Notes under the pieces: model-generated
What the model was told of the DNA's origin: nothing
Database searches by the model: none
What the model saw: the letters and a program-made list of their open reading frames with translations, nothing else
NCBI GenBank assembly: GCA_005843825.1
Contig: SZXX01000040.1
Span: forward strand, 2,215-66,214
DNA length: 64,000 nt
Source of the DNA: Chlorobium sp.
GTDB taxonomy: Bacteria > Bacteroidota > Chlorobiia > Chlorobiales > Chlorobiaceae
Direction: 5' to 3'
Program-made: the position numbers and the translations under genes
Shown here: piece by piece, positions 38,552 through 47,510 of the stretch
How the letters are laid out: each line of letters starts with the position of its first letter
Position numbering within the stretch: the first letter of the stretch is position 1

Positions 38552-39745
38552 ATGATACGATACTTTACCGCAGGCGAGTCACATGGTCCGGCACTTTCGG
38601 CAATAGTGGAAGGGATGCCGGCTGGAGTTCCCATAAACTCCGATGAGATCAATGCCCAGTTAGCCCGACGTCAGCAGGGACATGGTCGGGGAGGCCGCAT
38701 GAAAATCGAGACAGATAAGGCTGAAGTCTTATCAGGCATTCGCTTTGGAAAAACAATCGGCTCACCAATCGGACTGGTCATAAAAAACCGCGATTGGGAA
38801 AACTGGACAACCACCATGGCCCAGTTTGAAAAACCTGATGAGGAAATCACAAAAATCAGCATCCCGAGACCCGGCCATGCAGACCTCGCAGGACGGATAA
38901 AGTACGGCTTTGACGATATTCGTCCTGTTATCGAGCGCTCTTCTGCTCGAGAAACTGCCGCACGGGTGGCAGCCGGAACACTCTCGAAAGTATTTCTCAA
39001 AGCACTCGGCATTGAAATCGGCAGCTACATATCGGCTATCGGGCCGGCAACAGAAGCTGCTCCCGATCTTCGACTTGCTGAGCTTCTAAGCCAGGGAGCT
39101 GAAGCTGTTTCAAGACAGGCAGACCTTTCGCCTGTCCGTATGCTTGAAAAAACGACCGAAAAAGCAGCTCTTGCTGCCATTGACACCGCCAAAGAAAATG
39201 GGGACACTCTAGGGGGAATCATTGAAATATTTATCACCGGGGTACCACCTGGCTTCGGCAGCTATGTGCAGCACGATCGCAGGCTTGATGCCGCTCTTGC
39301 AGCTGCAGTCATTTCCATTCAGGCCATCAAGGGTGTTGAAATAGGAAGTGCCTTTGAGAATGCAAGAAAACCGGGCTCACAGGTACATGATGAATTTCAC
39401 CTGGATAAGGAGAGTGGAGTTAGAAGAAAAACCAACAGGGCTGGCGGTCTTGAAGGGAGCATGTCGAGCGGACAGATCATTCATCTTCGGGCGGCTATGA
39501 AACCGATTTCCTCGCTGGTCTCTCCCCTGCTCTCGTTTGATGTTGAAACACTGCAGCCTACTCTTTCACGTTTCGAAAGGAGTGACACCTGTGCAGTTCC
39601 GGCAGCCGGTGTGGTCGCCGAAGCCGTAGTAGCCCCTGTAATTGCCAATGCACTGCTTGAAAAGCTTGGTGGTGATCATCTGGATGAAATTCTGCAAAGA
39701 CTGAACCTTTATCGGGAAAACATCCGCAATACCTTTCGTGCCTAA
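38552..39745 (+). CDS. aroC: Chorismate synthase
   Basis: FTAGESHGPAL, RRQQGHGRGGRMKIE, RPGHAD, ERSSARETAARVAAG. Confidence 0.95.
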   Translation: MIRYFTAGESHGPALSAIVEGMPAGVPINSDEINAQLARRQQGHGRGGRMKIETDKAEVLSGIRFGKTIGSPIGLVIKNRDWENWTTTMAQFEKPDEEITKISIPRPGHADLAGRIKYGFDDIRPVIERSSARETAARVAAGTLSKVFLKALGIEIGSYISAIGPATEAAPDLRLAELLSQGAEAVSRQADLSPVRMLEKTTEKAALAAIDTAKENGDTLGGIIEIFITGVPPGFGSYVQHDRRLDAALAAAVISIQAIKGVEIGSAFENARKPGSQVHDEFHLDKESGVRRKTNRAGGLEGSMSSGQIIHLRAAMKPISSLVSPLLSFDVETLQPTLSRFERSDTCAVPAAGVVAEAVVAPVIANALLEKLGGDHLDEILQRLNLYRENIRNTFRA

Positions 39746-40632
39746 CCCTTCGTCTGGCCTTCTTTTCCGGTAGTAACCACTTGCTGGTTCATTTCAAGAG
39801 AAGGCTCAGGCTCCTCAGTTTTACATACAATCTGGGCAGGAACCCCGACAACAGTGTAATGAGGCGGAACATCGTCGAGTACCACACTTCCTGCTCCAAC
39901 CTTCGCTCCTTCACCGATCTCGACATTGCCAAGAATTTTTGCTCCGGCACCAATCATCACCGACTTTCTCACCTTCGGATGACGATCACCGGTTTCCTTG
40001 CCTGTTCCGCCAAGCGTCACCTCATGCAGAATCGAAACATTATCCTCGACAACCGCCGTTTCACCAATAACAAGGCTGGTCGCATGATCGAGTAAAATAC
40101 CCTTTCCAATAACCGCTGCCGGATGAATATCGACAGCAAACACCTCCGACATACGGTTCTGGATAAAATAGGCCATCGTTTTTCGCCCGTTTTCCCAAAG
40201 CCAATGTGAAAGGCGATAAGCCTGTAATGCCTGATAGCCTTTCATGAAAAGCATAATTTCGAAATAGTGAACAGCCGCAGGATCACGCTCTTTGGTTGCA
40301 ACCAGATCAAAGACGGCATACTCAACAGCCGCAGGAAACTGACGGTAAAAATTATCAAACAAACCCTGCAGCACCAGTGGCGGAAAATGCTGTGACCCTA
40401 GTTTAACAGAGAGAAGCATGGCCAGAGATGAACTGAAATCATTTTGGCTTGTAATATGCTGCTCCAGAAAAATCCTGATATCAGGATCGCGGATACACTC
40501 ATTTGCAGCTTCTCCCGTCATCATTGACCAGATGTTCTTGATATCTATCCCCATAGGTAAAAAAACGGCTCCGAACCGCACTGATAAAATTCCGGAAATA
40601 TTAAGACTCTCTCTGGGATGCAATAAAAACAA
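39742..40632 (-). CDS. cysE: Serine O-acetyltransferase
   Basis: SATase N-terminal helical domain plus hexapeptide repeats (DIHPAAVIGKGILLDHATSLVIGETAVVEDNVSILHEVTLGG). The start is probably the internal Met at 40554. Confidence 0.9.
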   Translation of the reverse strand: MFLLHPRESLNISGILSVRFGAVFLPMGIDIKNIWSMMTGEAANECIRDPDIRIFLEQHITSQNDFSSSLAMLLSVKLGSQHFPPLVLQGLFDNFYRQFPAAVEYAVFDLVATKERDPAAVHYFEIMLFMKGYQALQAYRLSHWLWENGRKTMAYFIQNRMSEVFAVDIHPAAVIGKGILLDHATSLVIGETAVVEDNVSILHEVTLGGTGKETGDRHPKVRKSVMIGAGAKILGNVEIGEGAKVGAGSVVLDDVPPHYTVVGVPAQIVCKTEEPEPSLEMNQQVVTTGKEGQTKG

Positions 40633-40847
40633 AGCCTCTTTAACTGGTCATCTGCGAAACTAACGAATTTTTGAAAAACACCCTCATGTGATGCTCGATA
40701 CCTCACTCCTACATCACAATTTCAAATTGCACTAGTCAAAAATGTGAACAATGTTACGCACTTTTCTTTGCGTTTGCGCAAATAATACGTATTTATACTG
40801 CAAATAATAGCGTAAAAAGTGTGAGCGGAATCCAAACCGTCATTTCA

Positions 40848-43800
40848 ATGAACAAAGCGTATCGCTTTTGCAGGAACATGGCCAGGAACAACTGGGTCAC
40901 CACTTCCATCGTGACTCTCACACTCCTTCTGGCGGGCAAAACTCATGCATTACCAATCAATGGTCAGACTGCAGCTGGAAAAGCCACCATCAGCAAGCCT
41001 TCTACCGCCGAAATGCATATCGTTCAGGGAAGCAGCCGGGCCATCATCAACTGGGACTCTTTCAGCATCGGCAAAGGTGAATCGGTCAACATTACCCAAC
41101 CAACCAGTCAATCAACCCTGCTCAACCGGGTCCTGGGCAACAACCCTTCAGAAATTTTCGGGTCACTCTCGGCCAATGGACAACTCTTTCTGATCAACCC
41201 TGCCGGTGTGATTTTTGCACCTGGAGCATCTATAAACGCTGGAGGGCTGGTTGCGTCAACTCTCGGAATAAAGAACAGCGATTTCCTCTCAGAAAAATAC
41301 ACGTTTATTAAAACCGGGACTGCCGCCTCAGTAATCAACCAGGGCAACATAAATGCCGGCTTCGCTGCACTTCTCGGCAGCTCTGTCGAGAATTCAGGAA
41401 CCATGATAACGTCGAAAGGTTTGGCCGGGATAGCTGTCGGGGAAGGAATCACGCTCAACATGGATCCTTATGGACTTGTTGCTATTAAGGTTGATGAGGC
41501 AACTTATAACGCCCAGATAATAAACAGCGGCGTTATTGAGGCCAATGGCGGCACAGTAGTGATGACAGCAACAGCAGCTGACGCACTGCTTTCCACAGTA
41601 GTCAACAACAGTGGAAAAGTACGGGCTGCCTCTATCACTGAAAACAACGGCAATGTCATAATTGAAGCCGGAACTGTCATCAACTCTGGAATTATCGAGG
41701 CAGGGAATAAGATCGATGCAAGCGCTGCCGGAGCGATGGTCAACACCGGAAAACTATGCGCAGAGAAAATCAAGGTCAGCGTTAATAACCTCATCGATGC
41801 AGGTTCCTGGGAAAGCGGCAATATCCTCATGCATGCTGCCGGGAGCATTGAACAAACTGCTGCCAGCACCATAAATGCCGATGGTGACAATGGCGGATAT
41901 ATCTCCATCAGTGCTGAAAAAAGCCTCTACCTCTCCGGAGCATTGAGCGCATGCGGAAGTGCGTACCAGGGAGGGGAAATACGGATCACTGCACCGGAAA
42001 CAATCCTTGCCGGTACGAAAGTCAAGGCCGATGGAGTGAACGGGGGCGGCAGAATCTTCATAGGCGGTGGATGGCAGGGCAATGATGTTACCCTTGCTAA
42101 CGCAGAAAGCACACTAATATCATCAAGCAGCAAGCTGACCGCAAGCGCCCTTGACAAAGGCAACGGGGGTACGGTAGTCGTCTGGTCAAACCAATGCACC
42201 TCATATTCAGGCACTATAGAGGCTGAAGGTGGAATAAACCTGGGAAACGGTGGGAATGTAGAGGTCTCCAGCCATGACAGGCTTACTTTTGAAGGTAATG
42301 TCGTCACCGCCTCTCCCAAAGGCGAAAACGGTCTGCTGCTGCTTGACCCACGAAACATAACGATTGACAATAATCCCACAGCTCAAACTTTCTCCCTCAT
42401 TCCATTGCTCGATGCCAATCCCAACACCGGCGACCAGCATGGCTCCGGCAAAATAATTGAACTGGCAAACGGCAATATTATCGTTTCCAGTCCATCAGAT
42501 GATTTTGTTGCCACTGATGCCGGGGCCGTCCGCCTTTTCAGACAGGACGGGACACTGCTCTCCATACTGACTGGTTCAACGGCCAATGATATGGTAGGCA
42601 ATAATGTGACAGCCCTTACCGGCAATAACAATGCTGTCGAATCAACACCAAACTGGACCAACTCTGGCCAGGCAAACGCTGGAGCCGTTACTTGGATTGA
42701 TGGCACAACAGGTATCAGCGGAAATGTGTCGGCAATAAACAGTCTGGTCGGTTCCTCTGCAAATGATTGTGCAGGAAGCGCAATAACAGTGTTAACGAAC
42801 GGAAACTACGTTGTAAGCTCTCCTCACTGGAACAGCAACACCGGCGCTGCCTCGTGGGGTGATGGTGCAACAGCCGGCAGTCGATTGACTGGCCCGATAT
42901 CCGATCTCAACAGTCTGGTAGGCTCTTCCCCGAGTGATGCTATTGGCACTAATGTTACCGTTTTGACAAATGGAAACTATGTGGTGAGTTCGGGAAAATG
43001 GGATAAAGTCAATGCCGACAATACCATTATTATTGATGCCGGGGCAGTTACATGGTGCAACGGGCTTGGAGGTACAATAGGTACTGTCTCTACCTTCAAT
43101 AGTTTGTTTGGCTCAAATAAAAATGATTTCACAGGATCTAATGAAGCTAACTCAAATAACGTGACTGCCCTGACGAATGGAAGCTATGTGGTTTGTTCAG
43201 GATATTGGGATAATGGCAAAGCCGTCAATGCCGGAGCAGTTACCTGGGGGGACGGGAACGGAGGTACAGTTGGAGCGGTAAGCGCCGACAACAGTCTGGT
43301 AGGCTCTAAAACAGGTAATCAGGTAGGATATGGCAATGGAGCTGTTACTGTGCTGAGCAATGGGAATTATGTCGTGACCTCTGGGTTATGGGATAACGGG
43401 ACAGCCACCAATGCAGGGGCAGTAACCTGGGGAAGCGGGAGCGGAGGCACTGTTGGCTTTGTCAGTGCCCTCAACAGTCTGGTGGGCTCAACAAAAAATG
43501 ATTACTTAGGATCCGACGATGGTGCTTCAAATAACGTAACAGCACTGAGAAACGGAAATTATGTTGTCAGCTCAAAATACTGGGATAACGGGACCGTCGT
43601 CGATGTGGGGGCCGTTTGCTGGGGGAACGGATTTGGAGGCACAATCGGAACTATAAATGCCTCCAACAGTCTCCTGGGCTCTCTTCCCAATGATAGAATG
43701 GGCTCTGTGGTAACTGCTCTATCCAATGGCCACTATGTGGTTGGCTCACCAAACTGGAACAACGGTGCCGGCGCAGTGAGCTGGGGGAACGGCGAAGCAA

Positions 43801-46800
43801 ACGGCACACGATTGAAGGGAGAAGTATCGGTAGATAACAGCCTGATCGGTTCGTCGGCAAATGACGGAATTGGCTCTTCGATTATAGCTCTGACCAACGG
43901 TCACTACGTGGTTGCTTCCCCCAACTGGAACAACGGTGCAGGTGCGGTGACCTGGGGAGACGGCGAAGAAGGCGGCGCAAGGTTGAAGGGAGAAATATCG
44001 GTTGATAACAGCCTGATTGGATCGAGTGCCAATGACGGTATTGGCCGGAGTATAACAGTCCTGACTAACGGTAACTATGTTGCCTCTTCCGGATATTGGG
44101 ATAAGATCAATGCGGACAATAGTGTCGTTACCGATGCAGGTGCCGTCAGTTGGGGGAACGGCCTTGGTGGCACGACTGGAATAGTCAGTGGATCCAACAG
44201 CCTGATTGGATCAACAAAGAATGACTATGCTGGATCAGATGATTTGAAATCGAATAACGTGTTTGCTCTCCCGAACGGAAATTATGTGGTCAGTTCAAAA
44301 TACTGGGATAATAACAGCGCTGTCAATGCTGGAGGGGTAACCTGGGGGAATGGGCTCGGTGGAACAGTTGGAGCAATCAGCACCGCAAACAGTCTGGCTG
44401 GATCAAGAACAGGCAATCAGGTTGGCAGCGTAACCGTTCTGCCAAACAGCAATTACGTCGTTACATCACTGCTCTGGGATAATGGGTCAGCCACCAATGC
44501 CGGAGCAGTCAGCTGGTGTAATGGAGTTGGAGGCAATGTCGGGGTTGTGAGCTCACTTAACAGTATGGCCGGTTCAGCAAAAGAGGACCAGGTTGGCTCT
44601 GGAGGCATTACGCCCCTCACTGTCGGGGATATGAAGGGTTGTTTTGTTGTGAGCTCTCCGGCATGGCTGAACAGCAGCGGTCGGGTTGATATTTTTGTGC
44701 CTCTCTCCATCACACAGAAATACACATCCAATCCCGACACGGATAACTCCTTCACGCCTTACGAAATCACCACTCTGCTTAATGCCGGCGAGAATGTGAT
44801 CCTGAAAGCCAACAACGACATTACTGTCAATTCGGATATTTTCAGCAGCAATCCCGCTATAAATAGCGGTAATCTTGCACTGAATGCCGGGCGAAGCATT
44901 CTCATCAATGCCAGCATTTCCACCAGAAACGGCAACCTGACGCTCACAGCCAATGACTCCAAAGAGAGTTGCGTTGTGGATGCCTTCCGCGCTGATGGCA
45001 GGGCGGTGATCACCATGGGAGCTGGCTCAAGTATCAATACCGGAAGCGGGAGTGTTACCATGGAACTGCGCGATGGAGCCGGCAACACAAACCGCGAGAG
45101 CGGCAATATCACTCTGCGCGATATCACCGCAGGCACAATCAGCGCCTTGAACAATGGGCTCACAACAGGCTCCGGCATTACACTCGCTTCGGGAACTCTT
45201 GCGGCCAATGCGACCAGCGGCAACAGCATAATACTTGCGGGCAGTAATTTCGACAACAGCGCAGGCGGAATACTCTCCACGTCCGGCACTGCCCGATGGT
45301 TAGTCTATTCGGACAACCCCGGCGCTACCATCAAGGGTGGACTAACGTCTGACTTCCGGCACTATAACGCCAGCCACAGCAACTATGCTCCTAACGATGT
45401 AAGTGAATCCGGAAACGGCTTTATCTACACTTCTGCAGCAGGAGCTATATCAGTCTCCCCGACTCTCGTCAGTGGAAGTGCCGGCAGCATCTACGGAGCT
45501 ACGCCAACAGCTGCGTTTGGTTATACACTGAGCGGCTCCGATAACGAAGATACGATAGGAAATATTAGCTTAACCGGCACCATGATATTGACCGGTGTTC
45601 CTACAGCAGCGTCAAATGCAGGTAGTTACACCATAAACTACGGAGGCGGTTTGTCAAGCAGCATCGGACTGACCTTTACTGCCGGAAACGGGCTCAGATA
45701 CAGTGTAGATAAAAGGGCAATCAACATTTCTGCCAATGCAGTAAGTAAAACCTACGGGGATGCCGACAAGACACTTAACTGGCTGGCTGAAACCCAGACT
45801 GGGAATCGAGGACTCATAGCCGGTGACAGCTTCAGTGGCGCACTCGGGCGAACTGCAGGTGAAAATATCGGCACCTTCGCTATCAATCAGGGATCGCTTG
45901 CCAACAACAATTATACGATCAGCTATAACGGCAGCAACCTGACTATAAACCCGCGTCCGATTACTTTACAAGCTATAGCCACAAGCAGGATCTATGGTGA
46001 AACTGACACAAAACTGGCTGTAGCTATATCGAGCGGATCTTTAGGCAGCGTAACAGTAAATGACGCATTGAGCGACGTTACCGGCACCCTGACCCGGCAA
46101 ACCGGCAGCGGTGTCGGCAGTTACGATATCTCCCTCGGTGCCGGCACAAAGGCTGGCAACTATGCCATCACATTTGCCAACGATAACAATGCTTTCTCAA
46201 TCACCCAGCGACCGATTATCATTTCGGCCGATGCAAAGAGCAAGACCTACAGCATCACCGATCCAAAACTGACTTGGGTGGCAGAATCCAAAAGCAGCGG
46301 TCGAGGATTGATTTACGGTGACAGCGACAGTTTCAGCGGCACACTCGGGCGAGCAGACGGCGAGAATGTTGGAAGCTATGCAATTACTCAAGGCTCACTG
46401 AATAACAATAACTATCTCATTTCCCTGACCGCAGCAGATCTTACCATCACTGCGCGCCCTATTTCCCTGCATGCAACATTAAAAAGCAAGATCTACGGTG
46501 AGCCGGATCCAAACCTTGCGGTCAGCATCACCAGCGGCACTTTGGGCAACGTAACGGTGAGTGATGAGTTAAGCGATATTACAGGCACTCTAACCCGGCA
46601 GGCTGGCAACAGTGTCGGCAGTTATGATATCAGCCTCGGTTCAGGCACAAAAGCTGGTAACTATGCCGTCACGTTTGCCACCGATAACAATGCCTTTGCA
46701 ATCACCCAGCGACCTATTATCATTTCTGCCGATGATAAAAGCAAGAGCTATGGGGAGAGTGATCCTACTCTCACCTGGCAATCCAACTCTTTAGGCACCG

Positions 46801-47489
46801 GACGCGGACTTATACCCTGTGACAGCTTCAGCGGCACACTCGAGCGGACAGATGGTGAAAACACTGGAACATATGTAATCAATCAAGGGACACTGGGAAA
46901 CAGCAATTACAAGATCAGTTTTAATGATGCAAACCTGACCATTAACAAGAGCATGCTCCCGCTTTCAACCACTGTGCCTGCTACAAACTACTCCGTAAGT
47001 AAAATAACTGCCATGCAACAGCAAGCGAGTCATGATGCCGTCAATACCGGCAGAAGCAAAGAGTTTTTCATGACCCCAATAGCCATAACCACTGCACCGG
47101 CAATTACTACCCGCGACTTGCCGGTAATCGACAAGAGCAAATTGTCACCTAGAGAATCTTCTCAAACTCGAAAGCCAGACCAGACGTCGGCTGCTCATGA
47201 CTTATCTGCCGTTTCAACCATTGAAGCGCATGAGCCAGCAATGGAATTTTTCATCCTCCCTATTCCACAAGAAACATTCAAAGACAACAATCCAGAGGCT
47301 GTAATCTCTATAAAGGTAGGCCTGGTCAACGGCTCTTCAATTCCTTCCTGGATGTCATTTGATCCAAAACAAAAAATCTTAAGCGGCACACCTCCTCCAG
47401 ATGCAAAAGGAGAGTATAAGGTGGAACTTATCGCCAAGGACCAGTTTGGCGGTGAAGCACGGACAGTAGTGTTGGTGAAGGTTGGATAA
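40848..47489 (+). CDS. Two-partner-secretion exoprotein (TpsA, filamentous-haemagglutinin-like adhesin)
   Basis: ESPR-type extended signal (MNKAYRFCRNMARNNWV). TPS domain (IINWDSFSIGKGESVNITQP...LNRV...LFLINPAGVIF). Beta-helix repeats, ~13 NGNYVV/AGAVTW repeats, 6 MBG-like modules, C-terminal cadherin/Ig-like domain. The track ORF begins at a GTG at 40821. Confidence 0.9.
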   Translation: MNKAYRFCRNMARNNWVTTSIVTLTLLLAGKTHALPINGQTAAGKATISKPSTAEMHIVQGSSRAIINWDSFSIGKGESVNITQPTSQSTLLNRVLGNNPSEIFGSLSANGQLFLINPAGVIFAPGASINAGGLVASTLGIKNSDFLSEKYTFIKTGTAASVINQGNINAGFAALLGSSVENSGTMITSKGLAGIAVGEGITLNMDPYGLVAIKVDEATYNAQIINSGVIEANGGTVVMTATAADALLSTVVNNSGKVRAASITENNGNVIIEAGTVINSGIIEAGNKIDASAAGAMVNTGKLCAEKIKVSVNNLIDAGSWESGNILMHAAGSIEQTAASTINADGDNGGYISISAEKSLYLSGALSACGSAYQGGEIRITAPETILAGTKVKADGVNGGGRIFIGGGWQGNDVTLANAESTLISSSSKLTASALDKGNGGTVVVWSNQCTSYSGTIEAEGGINLGNGGNVEVSSHDRLTFEGNVVTASPKGENGLLLLDPRNITIDNNPTAQTFSLIPLLDANPNTGDQHGSGKIIELANGNIIVSSPSDDFVATDAGAVRLFRQDGTLLSILTGSTANDMVGNNVTALTGNNNAVESTPNWTNSGQANAGAVTWIDGTTGISGNVSAINSLVGSSANDCAGSAITVLTNGNYVVSSPHWNSNTGAASWGDGATAGSRLTGPISDLNSLVGSSPSDAIGTNVTVLTNGNYVVSSGKWDKVNADNTIIIDAGAVTWCNGLGGTIGTVSTFNSLFGSNKNDFTGSNEANSNNVTALTNGSYVVCSGYWDNGKAVNAGAVTWGDGNGGTVGAVSADNSLVGSKTGNQVGYGNGAVTVLSNGNYVVTSGLWDNGTATNAGAVTWGSGSGGTVGFVSALNSLVGSTKNDYLGSDDGASNNVTALRNGNYVVSSKYWDNGTVVDVGAVCWGNGFGGTIGTINASNSLLGSLPNDRMGSVVTALSNGHYVVGSPNWNNGAGAVSWGNGEANGTRLKGEVSVDNSLIGSSANDGIGSSIIALTNGHYVVASPNWNNGAGAVTWGDGEEGGARLKGEISVDNSLIGSSANDGIGRSITVLTNGNYVASSGYWDKINADNSVVTDAGAVSWGNGLGGTTGIVSGSNSLIGSTKNDYAGSDDLKSNNVFALPNGNYVVSSKYWDNNSAVNAGGVTWGNGLGGTVGAISTANSLAGSRTGNQVGSVTVLPNSNYVVTSLLWDNGSATNAGAVSWCNGVGGNVGVVSSLNSMAGSAKEDQVGSGGITPLTVGDMKGCFVVSSPAWLNSSGRVDIFVPLSITQKYTSNPDTDNSFTPYEITTLLNAGENVILKANNDITVNSDIFSSNPAINSGNLALNAGRSILINASISTRNGNLTLTANDSKESCVVDAFRADGRAVITMGAGSSINTGSGSVTMELRDGAGNTNRESGNITLRDITAGTISALNNGLTTGSGITLASGTLAANATSGNSIILAGSNFDNSAGGILSTSGTARWLVYSDNPGATIKGGLTSDFRHYNASHSNYAPNDVSESGNGFIYTSAAGAISVSPTLVSGSAGSIYGATPTAAFGYTLSGSDNEDTIGNISLTGTMILTGVPTAASNAGSYTINYGGGLSSSIGLTFTAGNGLRYSVDKRAINISANAVSKTYGDADKTLNWLAETQTGNRGLIAGDSFSGALGRTAGENIGTFAINQGSLANNNYTISYNGSNLTINPRPITLQAIATSRIYGETDTKLAVAISSGSLGSVTVNDALSDVTGTLTRQTGSGVGSYDISLGAGTKAGNYAITFANDNNAFSITQRPIIISADAKSKTYSITDPKLTWVAESKSSGRGLIYGDSDSFSGTLGRADGENVGSYAITQGSLNNNNYLISLTAADLTITARPISLHATLKSKIYGEPDPNLAVSITSGTLGNVTVSDELSDITGTLTRQAGNSVGSYDISLGSGTKAGNYAVTFATDNNAFAITQRPIIISADDKSKSYGESDPTLTWQSNSLGTGRGLIPCDSFSGTLERTDGENTGTYVINQGTLGNSNYKISFNDANLTINKSMLPLSTTVPATNYSVSKITAMQQQASHDAVNTGRSKEFFMTPIAITTAPAITTRDLPVIDKSKLSPRESSQTRKPDQTSAAHDLSAVSTIEAHEPAMEFFILPIPQETFKDNNPEAVISIKVGLVNGSSIPSWMSFDPKQKILSGTPPPDAKGEYKVELIAKDQFGGEARTVVLVKVG
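42447..44700 (+). repeat. About 13 tandem coding repeats of 55-70 aa inside tpsA
   Basis: Recurrent unit NSL.GS...D..G..VT.L.NGNYVV.S..W(D)N......AGAVTWG.G.GGT.G..S. Two adjacent copies (about 43725-43895 and 43896-44066) are 171-nt paralogues. Confidence 0.85.
45711..46950 (+). repeat. About 2.5 copies of a 501-bp coding unit (two MBG-like modules per unit) inside tpsA
   Basis: Modules alternate A-B-A-B-A. A type is SK.YG..D..L.W......GRGLI.GDSFSG.L.R..GEN.G.Y.I.QG.L.N.NY.I. B type is S.IYGE.D..LAV.I.SG.LG.VTV.D.LSD.TGTLTRQ.G..VGSYDISLG.GTKAGNYA.TFA.DNNAF.ITQRPII. For example, 46044 and 46545 align at the DNA level. Confidence 0.85.
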
Positions 47490-47510
47490 CAGACTGAATA
47501 ACTTGATTTA

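Noticed and set aside
40777-40786. TTTGCGCAAA palindrome upstream of tpsA as an operator
   Set aside because: A 10-bp AT-rich palindrome is too short to distinguish from chance without comparative data.
41108-45289. Several 100-176-aa minus-strand ORFs and short plus-strand alternate-frame ORFs inside tpsA
   Set aside because: All are nested in the 6.6-kb tpsA frame, which shows coherent domain structure. Their translations are low-complexity (Pro/Ser/Ala-rich) artefacts of the repeat-rich opposite or alternate frames.
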